Source of the DNA: an uncultured Gammaproteobacteria bacterium
Lineage (GTDB): Bacteria > Patescibacteriota > Patescibacteriia > Patescibacteriales > GWE2-39-37
Assembly (NCBI GenBank): GCA_964443495.1
Contig: CAYUCS010000001.1
Location: 75,542-139,541 of the forward strand
Direction: 5' to 3'
DNA length: 64,000 bases
Shown: positions 19,070-32,410 of the stretch, in pieces
How positions within the stretch are numbered: position 1 is the first letter of the stretch
How the letters are laid out: every line of letters begins with the position of its first letter
The notes under the pieces: model-generated
Told to the model about the DNA's origin: nothing
Database searches by the model: none
Seen by the model: only the letters and a program-made list of their open reading frames with translations
Made by a program: the position numbers and the translations under genes

Positions 19070-20767
19070 ATGCGACCTACCATCAAGTTCGGCCTGATGA
19101 CGCTATTGGCGGCAGCGATTTTTTTTCTGCCAGCGAGCCACGTTTCTGCCAGCGAGCAGATAAAGTCATTCAGTTCGGATATAACCATAAATAAGGACGC
19201 GAGCCTCGATATCGTCGAGGAGATCGTTTACGATTTCGGCACGGCTTTCAAGCACGGCATATATCGCGATATCCCGGTTTCATACAAGACAGACAAAGGC
19301 GGCAGGTCGATCGAGATATATCGAGTGTCAGTAACCGACGAGAAGGGTTTGGCACAGATGTTTTCTGAAACCCGGTCCGGCAGCATCAAGAAGATTAAGA
19401 TCGGCGATCCTAATCTGACCGTAACCGGCCTGAAGACTTATCGTATCCGTTATAGCGTCAATGGAGCGATCAATTACTTCGATGACCATGACGAATTGTA
19501 TTGGAACGTGACCGGCAACGAATGGCAGGTACCGATCGGCCTGGCGCGGGCGAAGATATCGGTGTCCCCGGCGACAGCGACGAGCTCGCTGTCAACCTAC
19601 TGCTATTACGGCAAATCCGGCAGCAAGGATAAATGCGACTCGAGGACAGCTGCAGGGGTGGCTGATTATTCCAGCGCTAGTCTTTTGGCCGGACAGGGCA
19701 TGACGGCCGTAGTCGGCTTCCCGAAGGGGTTGGTCGTCCACGCCGAGCCTGTCTCGGGATCAGAGTCGGGACAGTTTGGGCTTTTCGGAGCCTTGATTAT
19801 CATCTATATCTTCATCAACGCGTTGATGCCGATTGTCGCTTTCGTGGTAATGTATCGACGCTGGCGCCGTTTCGGTCGCGACCCGAAGGTAGGGACCATA
19901 ATTCCTCAGTATGATGCTCCGAACAGCATCAGCCCGGCTTTGGTCGGCGTGATTGTCGACGATGCCACCACCATGGACGCTTATTCAGGTGAGATTATCA
20001 ATCTGGCGGTAAAAGGATATTTGAAAATAAATCGTCTGGAGAGCACGAAGCTGTTCGTTACCGAAGAGGATTTCGAGCTGGTCAGATTGAAGCCCGAAGA
20101 TGCCGGCTTGAAAAAATACCAGCAGTCATTGATGCAGCTCTTGTTCAGGGACGGAGATTCGGTAAAACTGAGCAGTTTGGCCGGAAAGCGCATTTCAGAG
20201 ATCGACGCCTTGGACAAAGATGTGAACGAGGAAGTGACAGGACTCGGCTTTTATCCGGCGAACCCGGAGAAGATCAGAAACAAATATATGGGCACGGGCG
20301 GCTTGATGCTCCTGGGCATCTTCATCGGCTTGTTCGGTCTGTTGCCGGCCGGCATCATCGTGATGGCTTTCGGCTACTTCATGCCAGTGAAGACCTTGGC
20401 GGGCGTAGAAGCCAAGGAACACTTGCTCGGGCTTAAGATGTATCTTTCGGTGGCGGAAAAGGACCGCTTAGAATTCCATAACGCGCCGGAAAAGGATCCG
20501 GCCCAATTCGAGAAACTCCTGCCATACGCGATCGCTTTGAACGTGACCGACCAATGGGCCAAGAAGTTCGAGGGCATTTATCGAGAGAATCCATCCTGGT
20601 ACAATGATCCGGTCCATCCATTCACACCGATCGTGTTCGCCCATAGTCTTTCCTCCTTTAGCGGCAGTTTGGCCTCATCTGGCACCGCTCCGAGCGGGCA
20701 CAGCGGCTTGTCCGGCGGCGGTTCATCCGGAGGCGGCTTCGGTGGAGGCGGAGGCGGCAGCTGGTAA
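19070..20767 (+). CDS. DUF2207-family membrane protein (LemA partner) with a Gly-rich tail
   Basis: Signal peptide, large extracellular domain, TM segments in the C-terminal third, terminal SGGGSSGGGFGGGGGGSW. Adjacent to lemA. Confidence 0.7.
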   Translation: MRPTIKFGLMTLLAAAIFFLPASHVSASEQIKSFSSDITINKDASLDIVEEIVYDFGTAFKHGIYRDIPVSYKTDKGGRSIEIYRVSVTDEKGLAQMFSETRSGSIKKIKIGDPNLTVTGLKTYRIRYSVNGAINYFDDHDELYWNVTGNEWQVPIGLARAKISVSPATATSSLSTYCYYGKSGSKDKCDSRTAAGVADYSSASLLAGQGMTAVVGFPKGLVVHAEPVSGSESGQFGLFGALIIIYIFINALMPIVAFVVMYRRWRRFGRDPKVGTIIPQYDAPNSISPALVGVIVDDATTMDAYSGEIINLAVKGYLKINRLESTKLFVTEEDFELVRLKPEDAGLKKYQQSLMQLLFRDGDSVKLSSLAGKRISEIDALDKDVNEEVTGLGFYPANPEKIRNKYMGTGGLMLLGIFIGLFGLLPAGIIVMAFGYFMPVKTLAGVEAKEHLLGLKMYLSVAEKDRLEFHNAPEKDPAQFEKLLPYAIALNVTDQWAKKFEGIYRENPSWYNDPVHPFTPIVFAHSLSSFSGSLASSGTAPSGHSGLSGGGSSGGGFGGGGGGSW

Positions 20768-20787
20768 GAAATAATTAAATCAAATAT

Positions 20788-21699
20788 ATGCCAACAATCT
20801 ATAATAATGCTGATTCGAATACGCGCAAGACTTGGTTCTTGATGACCGGCTTCTTCGTCTTCATCATGCTGGTCGGCTTCGTCTTCAGCCAGGCCATGAA
20901 CGATTCGATCATCCTCTATGTCGCGGTCGCCTTCAGCGTCATTTCATCATTCGTCAGCTATTGGTGGAGCGACAAGATCGTCTTAGCGATGAGCGGCGCC
21001 AAGGAAATCGATCACGACTCCAACCGCGAGCTCTACCATATCGTCGAGAACCTCTGTATTACCGCCGGTTTGCCGGTGCCTAAAATCTATGTCATCGACG
21101 ACACGGCACCGAACGCCTTCGCCACCGGCCGCGATCCGGAGCATGCCGTCGTGGCCGTGACCATCGGCCTTTTGCAGAAGCTGGACAAGGCCGAGCTCGA
21201 GGGCGTCATCGCTCACGAGCTATCGCACATCGGCAATCGCGACATCTTGATTTCGACCGTCGTGACCGTCCTGGTCGGCGTGGTCGTACTTCTGGCCGAC
21301 TGGTTCCGCCACTGGTCGTTTTTCGGCCACAGCAAATCCGACAGCGATAACCGCGACGGCCGCATTACTTTGATTATCACCGTCCTGGCAATCGTCCTGT
21401 CGATCCTGGCCCCGATTTTCGCCTATATGATGCAGTTCGCCATCTCGCGCAAGCGCGAGTTTTTAGCTGACGCCGACGGCGCTTTGCTGACACGCTACCC
21501 AGAAGGTTTGGCACGCGCGCTGGAGAAGATTTCTGCCGATCAGGAGCCGCTCGAAGTAGCTAACCGCGCCACGGCTCATATGTACATCGTTACCCCGCTT
21601 AAAGGCGAAGCGGCTATCGGCTGGTTTTCGAAATTATTCATGACCCACCCGCCGGTCGAGGAGCGCATCGCGGCCTTGCGCGGCCAGTCAACGAAATAA
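20788..21699 (+). CDS. htpX: Zinc metalloprotease HtpX (M48 family)
   Basis: HELSHIGNRD HExxH motif, four TM segments, and THPPVEERI at the C-terminus. Confidence 0.85.
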   Translation: MPTIYNNADSNTRKTWFLMTGFFVFIMLVGFVFSQAMNDSIILYVAVAFSVISSFVSYWWSDKIVLAMSGAKEIDHDSNRELYHIVENLCITAGLPVPKIYVIDDTAPNAFATGRDPEHAVVAVTIGLLQKLDKAELEGVIAHELSHIGNRDILISTVVTVLVGVVVLLADWFRHWSFFGHSKSDSDNRDGRITLIITVLAIVLSILAPIFAYMMQFAISRKREFLADADGALLTRYPEGLARALEKISADQEPLEVANRATAHMYIVTPLKGEAAIGWFSKLFMTHPPVEERIAALRGQSTK

Positions 21700-21701
21700 G
21701 C

Positions 21702-22043
21702 ATGCAAGCAATCATTGATAATCTATCGAAAATTCCCTGGCAGATATTGCTCGTCTTAAGTGCGGCCGGGGTGGCACTCGGTGACTATTATGGCAAATAT
21801 TGGTCGCTCAATCAGAAGTCGTCTTTTTATGCCGTGGCAGTGTTCGGCTATTTCTTGTCTGGGTTCTTTTATTTGCCGACCCTGCTTAAAAAGGGCTTGG
21901 TGCTAACCTCCTTGATCTGGAGCATATTATCTATAACGTTTTTTCTGTTCATCGGATTGGTGATATTCAAGGAAACGCTTACGACAACCCAGATTGTCGG
22001 CGTCGTTTTCGGCGTCATTGCTCTTGTCATCTTGTCTATATAA
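21702..22043 (+). CDS. Small 4-TM membrane protein (SMR/EamA-like half transporter?)
   Basis: 113 aa, four hydrophobic helices. Start overlaps the htpX stop region. Confidence 0.4.
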   Translation: MQAIIDNLSKIPWQILLVLSAAGVALGDYYGKYWSLNQKSSFYAVAVFGYFLSGFFYLPTLLKKGLVLTSLIWSILSITFFLFIGLVIFKETLTTTQIVGVVFGVIALVILSI

Positions 22044-22061
22044 ATAATTAATGAAAAACAT

Positions 22062-23474
22062 ATGGCGAAAATAGATTATCAAAAATTAGAGAAGGAATTA
22101 TTCTTTGAAAAGCGCAATGCTTGGGAAGTTTGGGACGAGAAACAGGCCAAGGCCGCGATGGATTTTTCTGAGGGGTACAAGAAGTTCTTGGACGAAGCCA
22201 AGACGGCGCGCGAGTCGGTCGAGGCTGGCATCCGTTTGGCTGAAAAGTCAGGCTTCAAATCGTTGGGCAAGGCTGGCAAGTTGAAGGCTGGCGACAAGGT
22301 CTATGCCGTTAACAAGAACAAGACGCTGGCGCTAGTAGTTGTGGGCAAGGACATGGTTGAAGACGGTTTCAGCCTGGTGATGTCCCACATCGATTCGCCG
22401 CATCTGGATCTCAAGGTTAATCCGTTATACGAAGATGAGCAGATGGCTTTCTTCAAGACGCATTATTACGGAGGCATCAAGAAATATCATTGGCCGACCA
22501 CGCCCTTGGCTTTACACGGCACGGTCGTCCTGGCCAGTGGAAAGAAAGTTGAGATCAAGATCGGCGAAAAAGAGAGCGACCCGATCTTCATGATTACTGA
22601 CCTCTTGCCGCACCTCGGACGCAGCCAAGCTAAGAAGACTATGGACGAAGCGATCGTTGGTGAAGAGTTGAATATCCTGGTCGGTTCATTGCCAGTCAAA
22701 GATGATAAGGTCAAGGCCAAAGTAAAATTAGCCATCATGGAATATCTGAATAAGGAATACGGCATCATCGGCGAGGATTTCTTCAGCGCCGAGATCGAGG
22801 CCATGCCTGAGGCTAAGGCGCGCGACTTGGGCTTTGACCGTTCGTTCGTGGCCGCCTTCGGTCAGGATGACCGGGTGTGTGCCTATTCGTCGCTTGCCGC
22901 TTTGCTCAAGAGCAAGCCGGGCAAGCGTACCCAAGTCTGCCTGTGGGTCGATCGCGAAGAGATCGGTTCCGACGGTACGACCGGAGCCAAGTCGATTTTC
23001 ATCGAAAGCTTGATTGCTGAGCTTTTGGAAAAGACCGGCAAGAAGGGCACGATGCGCGAGGTCTATCAGGTCATGGAAAAAAGCGAAGCGCTTTCAAGCG
23101 ACGTCACGGCCGGCTTTGACCCTGATTACAAGAGCGTCCACGATCCGATGAACGTGGCCAAGATAGGCTGCGGCGTCGCCATCGAGCGGTACACCGGCCA
23201 CGGCGGCAAATACGGCACGACCGAGGCCAGCGCCGAGTTCGTTCAGAGGTTGCGTACGATTTTCAACAAGAACAAGGTGATTTGGCAGACGGCTGGATTA
23301 GGCAAAGTCGACGAGGGTGGTGGCGGCACAATCGCCAAATTTTTGGCTGAGCGCAATATGGATGTGATCGATATCGGCGTAGCTTTGATGAACATGCATG
23401 CCCCGATGGAGATCGCCTCGAAGGCGGATATCTATTCGGCCTACCAGTCATACGTCGCTTTTTATCAAGCATAA
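22062..23474 (+). CDS. M18-family aminopeptidase
   Basis: SHIDSPHLDLKVNP and a later HGGKYGT...DIGVALMNMHAPMEI metal-binding region. 470 aa. Confidence 0.7.
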   Translation: MAKIDYQKLEKELFFEKRNAWEVWDEKQAKAAMDFSEGYKKFLDEAKTARESVEAGIRLAEKSGFKSLGKAGKLKAGDKVYAVNKNKTLALVVVGKDMVEDGFSLVMSHIDSPHLDLKVNPLYEDEQMAFFKTHYYGGIKKYHWPTTPLALHGTVVLASGKKVEIKIGEKESDPIFMITDLLPHLGRSQAKKTMDEAIVGEELNILVGSLPVKDDKVKAKVKLAIMEYLNKEYGIIGEDFFSAEIEAMPEAKARDLGFDRSFVAAFGQDDRVCAYSSLAALLKSKPGKRTQVCLWVDREEIGSDGTTGAKSIFIESLIAELLEKTGKKGTMREVYQVMEKSEALSSDVTAGFDPDYKSVHDPMNVAKIGCGVAIERYTGHGGKYGTTEASAEFVQRLRTIFNKNKVIWQTAGLGKVDEGGGGTIAKFLAERNMDVIDIGVALMNMHAPMEIASKADIYSAYQSYVAFYQA

Positions 23475-23477
23475 AAT

Positions 23478-23822
23478 ATGGGAATCAAAGTAGAATTCAA
23501 TCCGGATCTTTGCTTGCGCGATATCAGCGAATATCGGGCTGGCCGGCGCCTTGAAGCAGAATGTTTGCCCGAGCAGCTGGCCGAGGGTGCTGTTTACGAT
23601 TTCTTGAAATCCGACCAACGGTTATACTGGCTTTTCGGGGAGTTGCCTTTGCGTGAAACCAAGGGCGGCGAGCAGTTGTCGCGTCCCAAGGCGAGCGTGG
23701 TGGTGACCGAAGTGACCCATTTCGTGGAGGGTGGCAAGATATTCACCAAAGGCAAATATAAAGTGGCCAAAATATTAGCGGAAGATGACGATTATTTCGA
23801 GGGTTATGAAATTAAGAAATGA
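23478..23822 (+). CDS. hypothetical protein (114 aa)
   Basis: ORF translationally adjacent to the aminopeptidase. Confidence 0.4.
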   Translation: MGIKVEFNPDLCLRDISEYRAGRRLEAECLPEQLAEGAVYDFLKSDQRLYWLFGELPLRETKGGEQLSRPKASVVVTEVTHFVEGGKIFTKGKYKVAKILAEDDDYFEGYEIKK

Positions 23823-23967
23823 AGCATGAGCAATAAGGAACTGCAGGAAAAATTGAAACCGAAAAAGCGGAACAACCCGCTGGATGACGTGGTCAAGACC
23901 ATCTTGAAATCGCAAGCCGATTGCTGCGTGCGGGCGAAGGTCAAGCTAGAAGAATTAGAAAAACAGG

Positions 23968-25230
23968 ATGAAGAAAAATAAGAAGCCGGAACTGCTGGCA
24001 CCGGCTGGCAATATCGAGAAAATGAAGACGGCGTTCGCTTTCGGGGCGGATGCTGTTTATGCCGGTATCCCCGATTTCTCTTTGCGTACGCGCATCAATG
24101 ACTTCACGTTGGCCAGCCTGGAAGAGGCGGTCGGCTATGCGCGTGAGCGAGGGAAGAAAGTTTATGTGACGATCAACATCTTCGCTCATAACGAGCACTT
24201 GGCCAAGCTGCCGGCGTATCTGAAAGAGTTGAAAAGAATCAAGCCCGACGCTTTGATCGTGTCCGACCCCGGTGTCATCAGCCTGATCAAAAAACACTGG
24301 CCGGAAGCGGAGATCCATCTTTCGACCCAGGCGAATTGCACCAATTCATCAGCCGCTGATTTTTGGTTCAGAAGCGGCGTGAAGCGCGTCATCTTGGGAC
24401 GCGAGGTCGCCTATCAAGACATCTTATCGATCAAGAAGGCCGTGCCGAAATTGGAGCTGGAGACCTTTGTCCATGGCGCCATGTGCATGGCCTATTCCGG
24501 CCGCTGCTTCCTGTCGAAATTCTTGGTCGATCGCAGCGGCAACCTGGGCGACTGCGTCCAGCCATGCCGTTGGAATTATGACGCGCAAAGCATCGCCATC
24601 AAGCCGGACGGCCATCAAGCGGAGTTCGAATTGGTGGAAGAGAAACACGGCTCCTATATCCTTAACTCCAATGACATGTGCCTGATGAAGCGCATGCCGG
24701 AATTGATGGCCAGCGGTCTGGATTCGTTGAAGATAGAGGGCCGTGCCAAGAGCGCTTATTATCTTGCGGCCGTCGTCGGAGCTTACCGCAAGGCGATTGA
24801 TGAATTGTCGGATGGCAAATCGGATGATAAGGCGCAACGATCGATATCGAAAAAGCTGTTCAAGGAGTTAGAAGAAAAACTGGTCCATCGGGGCTATACC
24901 GAAGGCTTCATGTTCGGCGAGGGCCGGAGCGCGCAGAATCTGTCGAATTCTCATAACGAGTGCGCCTGGGAGTTCTGCGGGCAGGTCGCTGGCGAGAAAA
25001 ATGGGCTTACTTTGGTCAAAGTACACAATGCCTTACGAGTCGGCGATCAGATTGAGGTGCTTTTGCCCGGTTATGATATAATAAGGAAAAAGGTGGGCAA
25101 GATTATTGATGCTGAAACAGGGGAGTCGCTAGAATCGGCTCATGGAGGACAGGGGCGGATGGTGCTGCTGGATCTGGGACGAGAAGTTCCTGAATTTAGC
25201 GTTTTACGGAGAAAAATAAGGTTTATGTAA
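23968..25230 (+). CDS. Peptidase U32 family protein (RlhA/TrhP-type RNA hydroxylation enzyme family)
   Basis: PELLAPAGNIEKMKTAFAFGADAVYAG, and a CxxxC...C cluster in the C-terminal half. Confidence 0.8.
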   Translation: MKKNKKPELLAPAGNIEKMKTAFAFGADAVYAGIPDFSLRTRINDFTLASLEEAVGYARERGKKVYVTINIFAHNEHLAKLPAYLKELKRIKPDALIVSDPGVISLIKKHWPEAEIHLSTQANCTNSSAADFWFRSGVKRVILGREVAYQDILSIKKAVPKLELETFVHGAMCMAYSGRCFLSKFLVDRSGNLGDCVQPCRWNYDAQSIAIKPDGHQAEFELVEEKHGSYILNSNDMCLMKRMPELMASGLDSLKIEGRAKSAYYLAAVVGAYRKAIDELSDGKSDDKAQRSISKKLFKELEEKLVHRGYTEGFMFGEGRSAQNLSNSHNECAWEFCGQVAGEKNGLTLVKVHNALRVGDQIEVLLPGYDIIRKKVGKIIDAETGESLESAHGGQGRMVLLDLGREVPEFSVLRRKIRFM

Positions 25231-25300
25231 CATGTAGCATGTAACATGTAGCATCTTCGGAGGCTTCTTGTTACATGGTACATGCTGCAAGCTACATGAA
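25227..25300. repeat. Perfect tandem 14-mer (GTAACATGTAGCAT x2) followed by inverted partial copies, immediately upstream of ruvA
   Basis: Units at 25227-25240 and 25241-25254. Downstream, gttacatg...gctacatg are reverse complements of the unit halves. Seven CATG within 75 nt. Confidence 0.5.
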
Positions 25301-25302
25301 AA

Positions 25303-25890
25303 ATGATTTCCTACCTCAAAGGACAACTTAAAGCAAAGCATAAGAATTATTTCATCATCGTGGTCCATGATGTCGGCTACCAGGTGTTCGTCAATCAGAC
25401 GTTGTTCACAGAGTTCGTTGTCGGTCAGGCCGTAGAGCTTTACACTCATCAATACATCAAGGAAGATGCGCTTGATCTGTACGGCTTCAAGAACCTGGAA
25501 GAATTGGAGATGTTCGAGCTGCTTTTGTCCATTTCCGGGGTCGGGCCGAAGTCGGCTTTAGGCATCTTGTCGGTTGCCACGACCGAAGAGCTTAAGGTGA
25601 CGATTGCCCGAGGCGACTCATCGATCCTGACCAAGGTTTCAGGCATCGGGCGCAAGACGGCCGAGCGCATCGTGCTCGAGCTTCGTGACAAAGTGGTTTC
25701 TATCGGAACCGGAGATATGGTTGCCGGTGGCGGCGCTGCCGCCGGGCTGGCACAGTCGGACGAGATCGACGCCTTGATGGCGCTCGGCTACAGCTTGCAG
25801 CAAGCGCGTGAAGCCTTGCGCGACATCGATCCGTCATTGAAGAATTCTAGCGAACGCATCAGGGCCGCCCTGAAAACTTTAGGAAAATAA
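25303..25890 (+). CDS. ruvA: Holliday junction DNA helicase RuvA
   Basis: MISYLKGQL...HDVGYQVFV OB-fold start, LLSISGVGPKSAL HhH motifs, and C-terminal domain III. Confidence 0.85.
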   Translation: MISYLKGQLKAKHKNYFIIVVHDVGYQVFVNQTLFTEFVVGQAVELYTHQYIKEDALDLYGFKNLEELEMFELLLSISGVGPKSALGILSVATTEELKVTIARGDSSILTKVSGIGRKTAERIVLELRDKVVSIGTGDMVAGGGAAAGLAQSDEIDALMALGYSLQQAREALRDIDPSLKNSSERIRAALKTLGK

Positions 25891-25899
25891 ATCAAACAT

Positions 25900-26889
25900 A
25901 TGAACATAATCCACATCACGGACAAAAAACAGCTTGATGATTTTGTCGGTTCGCAGAAAAATAGCCAATTCATCCAGTCGTGGGAATGGGGCGAGTTCCA
26001 AAAGAATGTCAGCGGCAACGTCTGGCGTATCGCAGTCGAGGACGGAGGGCAGCTTTTGGCTTCAGCTAAAGTCATCAAGAAGGATCTGCCGATGGGCAAG
26101 AGTTATTTTTATTGCGGGCGCGGCCCGATTTTCGCTGATGCCGTCTGGCATGAGGAGGCGGCGCGCTTGCTCTATGCCGAAATCGAGCGTATCGCCAAGG
26201 ATGAGTTGGTGATGTTCATGCGTTTCGATCCGTATTTCGATTATCACACCGAAATGCAGCGCCTAGCTGGCAACCGCCCCTTCTTCAAGACGACCGACGT
26301 GCAGCCCAGCAAGACTTTGATCGTGGATATTTCCTGCGAACCGGAGGACATCCTGAAAAATATGCATCAGAAGACCAGGTACAACATCAAGTTGGCAGAG
26401 AAGAAGGGAATCAAGGTTGTCGAAGGCGGCAAGGTGCGTTTCGAAGAATTCTGGGCGCTGCTTGATCAGACGACCGGACGCGATAACTTCAGGCCGCACG
26501 GCCGAAGTTATTATCAGGAGATGTTGGAGCTGCCGTCGGATTTCTTGAAGCTGCTTTTCGCCGAATACCGAGGCAAGCCGATCGCCACCAGCATCGTTTC
26601 GTTCTTCGGCGACACTGCCACCTATCTCCATGGAGGCTCGGCCAATGATGAGCGCAATGTCATGGCGCCTTACGCGTTGCAGTGGCAGACCATATTGATG
26701 GCCAAGGAGGCTGGAATGAAATATTATGATCTCCATGGCGCGGATGAGAAGAAATGGCCGGGCGTAACCAAGTTCAAGCAGGGGTTCGGCGGCGTCCCGG
26801 TCGAGTATCCGGGGACTTTCGATCTGGTGTTCGACCAAGGCTGGTACGCGATCTATAAGATGGTCAGGCAGGTGCGCCGAAGCTTTTAG
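25900..26889 (+). CDS. FemAB-family peptidoglycan aminoacyltransferase
   Basis: Size and the paired GNAT-like halves (YFYCGRGP...; KPIATSIVSFFGDTATYLHGGS) are typical of FemX/FemAB. Confidence 0.65.
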   Translation: MNIIHITDKKQLDDFVGSQKNSQFIQSWEWGEFQKNVSGNVWRIAVEDGGQLLASAKVIKKDLPMGKSYFYCGRGPIFADAVWHEEAARLLYAEIERIAKDELVMFMRFDPYFDYHTEMQRLAGNRPFFKTTDVQPSKTLIVDISCEPEDILKNMHQKTRYNIKLAEKKGIKVVEGGKVRFEEFWALLDQTTGRDNFRPHGRSYYQEMLELPSDFLKLLFAEYRGKPIATSIVSFFGDTATYLHGGSANDERNVMAPYALQWQTILMAKEAGMKYYDLHGADEKKWPGVTKFKQGFGGVPVEYPGTFDLVFDQGWYAIYKMVRQVRRSF

Positions 26890-26892
26890 CGC

Positions 26893-26994
26893 AATTTTCA
26901 ATTTACAATTATCAATTTTCAATGAGCTTTCAATTTTATAAATTGAGCCATTGATTCATTTATTGAAAATTGTAAATTGATCATTGAAAATTAA
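26893..26994. repeat. Inverted arrays of CAATTTT / AAAATTG-type heptamers (the same family as at 3070)
   Basis: Left arm: CAATTTT CAATTTA CAATTAT CAATTTT CAATGAG. Right arm: TGAAAAT TGTAAAT TGATCAT TGAAAAT. Confidence 0.85.
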
Positions 26995-27008
26995 GAAAAA
27001 ATATAAAC

Positions 27009-28409
27009 ATGAATACCCTTTTAAATATCATTAAGCGTCTAATCCCTAAGAAACTCTTTAAAAGTCTTCAGCCGAGCTATCACTACGTAATGAGCTGGCT
27101 GGCTTCGGTCGTATATCGTGCGCCGTCGAACAAGCTGATCGTCATCGGCGTCACCGGCACCACCGGCAAGACGACCAGCACTTTCTTGATCGCCAAGACT
27201 CTCGCGGCTTTGGGCTACAAAGTCGGCTACACCTCGACCGCCATGTTCAACGACGGCCAGCGTGAGTGGCTCAATGACAAAAAGATGACCATGCCCGGAC
27301 GCTTCTTTACTCAAGCTATCTTGGCAAAGATGGTGGAGAACGGCTGCCAGTACGCGATTGTCGAAACGACCTCGGAGGGTATTCGCCAATTCCGCCACCG
27401 CTTCATCAATTATGACATCCTGGTCTTTACCGGTCTTTACCCGGAGCACATCGAATCCCACGGCGGCTTTGAGAACTACAAGAACGCCAAGGGCCAGTTA
27501 TTCGCTCACTTGAAAAGCTGCAAGACCAAATATATAGACGATCAGAAGCATGTCAGCCTCGCTGAGTCTTCCATGAAGAAACTTGATCTCCAACGAGTCA
27601 AGAAAACGATCATCCTGAATCTTGACGATGAGCACGTCGATTACTTCGGCCAGTTCTGGTCGGAAAGTAAATGGGGCTTCAGCCAGCGCAACTATTCTTC
27701 CAGCCGGGAATTGACCGCTTTGTCATATGGCCACATCGCCAGTTCGCAGGCAGGCATCTCTTTTTCAGTCAATGACGCTAAGTTCCGCTTGAAATTATTG
27801 GGCGAGTTCAATGCCACCAATGCCATGACGGCAATCGCTGTAGCCATGGATCAGGGCAAAGAGCTCGGCCGGATCAGGGCAGCCATTGAAACTATCAACG
27901 GCGTGCCAGGGCGGCTTGAGCGAATTGATGCCGGCCAGGACTTCGCCGTGATAGTCGATTACGCCTTTGAGCCCAACGCAGTCAGCAAGCTGTATAAAGC
28001 TATCGAATCCATTCCGCACCAGCGCAAGATCCACGTCCTAGGTTCCGCTGGAGGCGGACGTGACACTTCAAGGCGGCCGATTCTCGGACGGATAGCCGGC
28101 GAGCAGGCCGATGCGGTTATCGTGACCAACGAGGACCCTTATGATGAGAATCCGGAAATTATCGCCGACCAGGTGGTGGTGGGCGCTGAAAAAGCGGGCA
28201 AGGTAATGAATGAAAACCTGTTCAAGATAATGGACCGCCGCCAAGCGATTGCCAAGGCGCTCAGCCTGGCGCAAGAAAATGATATCGTATTGGTCACCGG
28301 AAAGGGCTCTGAACAAGGCATCGCCGGACCGCATGGCAAAATCGAGCCCTGGGATGACCGGAAAGTGGTGAGGGAAGAGCTGAAAAGGCTGTCCGCCGGC
28401 AGGCCTTAA
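27009..28409 (+). CDS. Mur ligase family protein (MurE-like)
   Basis: VIGVTGTTGKTTST P-loop, and an ADAVIVTNEDPYDENP motif resembling the MurE DNPR region. 466 aa. Confidence 0.7.
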   Translation: MNTLLNIIKRLIPKKLFKSLQPSYHYVMSWLASVVYRAPSNKLIVIGVTGTTGKTTSTFLIAKTLAALGYKVGYTSTAMFNDGQREWLNDKKMTMPGRFFTQAILAKMVENGCQYAIVETTSEGIRQFRHRFINYDILVFTGLYPEHIESHGGFENYKNAKGQLFAHLKSCKTKYIDDQKHVSLAESSMKKLDLQRVKKTIILNLDDEHVDYFGQFWSESKWGFSQRNYSSSRELTALSYGHIASSQAGISFSVNDAKFRLKLLGEFNATNAMTAIAVAMDQGKELGRIRAAIETINGVPGRLERIDAGQDFAVIVDYAFEPNAVSKLYKAIESIPHQRKIHVLGSAGGGRDTSRRPILGRIAGEQADAVIVTNEDPYDENPEIIADQVVVGAEKAGKVMNENLFKIMDRRQAIAKALSLAQENDIVLVTGKGSEQGIAGPHGKIEPWDDRKVVREELKRLSAGRP

Positions 28410-28571
28410 AGGCTAAGGACGAAAGCCGAATAAAGCCGCAATATTTTTGCTTCATTATCGGGTTTTAGCCTTGAAAATTTGACAGGTGTACACAAAGTGG
28501 AAAAGTGTGGCCGGACACCAAGATGGCGGAGTGCTGTGAAGTATAAAAATTTGCTAATTTTAAATAAAATA

Positions 28572-28600
28572 TGGCAAATCTTGCCAGGTTTTATTTTTTT
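28572..28600 (+). terminator. Hairpin plus T-run in the middle of the murE-rpoB spacer
   Basis: TGGCAA-atc-TTGCCA aggttttatttttttt. Confidence 0.35.
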
Positions 28601-28611
28601 TGCATCTACTC

Positions 28612-28640
28612 TTGACAACTTAGGCCAAGGTTGTTAAGAT
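28612..28640 (+). promoter_or_regulatory. sigma70-like promoter TTGACA-N17-TAAGAT for rpoBC
   Basis: Same hexamers and spacing as the rpsA promoter. Confidence 0.45.
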
Positions 28641-28901
28641 AATAAAGCATCAAAATACTTAACATTTAAAACTACTTGGAAGTTTTACAGAGAAAACGGA
28701 ACACTGTCACAGCGTTGTGATATCGAATACCGTTTTTTTATTTTTTTGACCGACTGCCTCTCCCTTTTTATTGTGCTAAAGTTAGATAATTATCGGCTTG
28801 CATGCGAAGGCCGAATATTTAAAAATTTTCTCCCCGTGCGTTAAATTTCTAAAAATAGAGTGGCTATCTTCCCAAGGTAAATTAAATACCAATTAATATA
28901 A

Positions 28902-28931
28902 CTCAAGAGTAACTAAACTTGAGATTTTTTT
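28902..28931 (+). promoter_or_regulatory. Hairpin plus T8 abutting the rpoB start codon (attenuator-like)
   Basis: CTCAAG-agtaactaaa-CTTGAG-attttttt-ATG. No SD sequence. Confidence 0.35.
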
Positions 28932-32387
<3,456 letters not shown>

Positions 32388-32410
32388 TTAATAATAACAC
32401 TCGACATACT

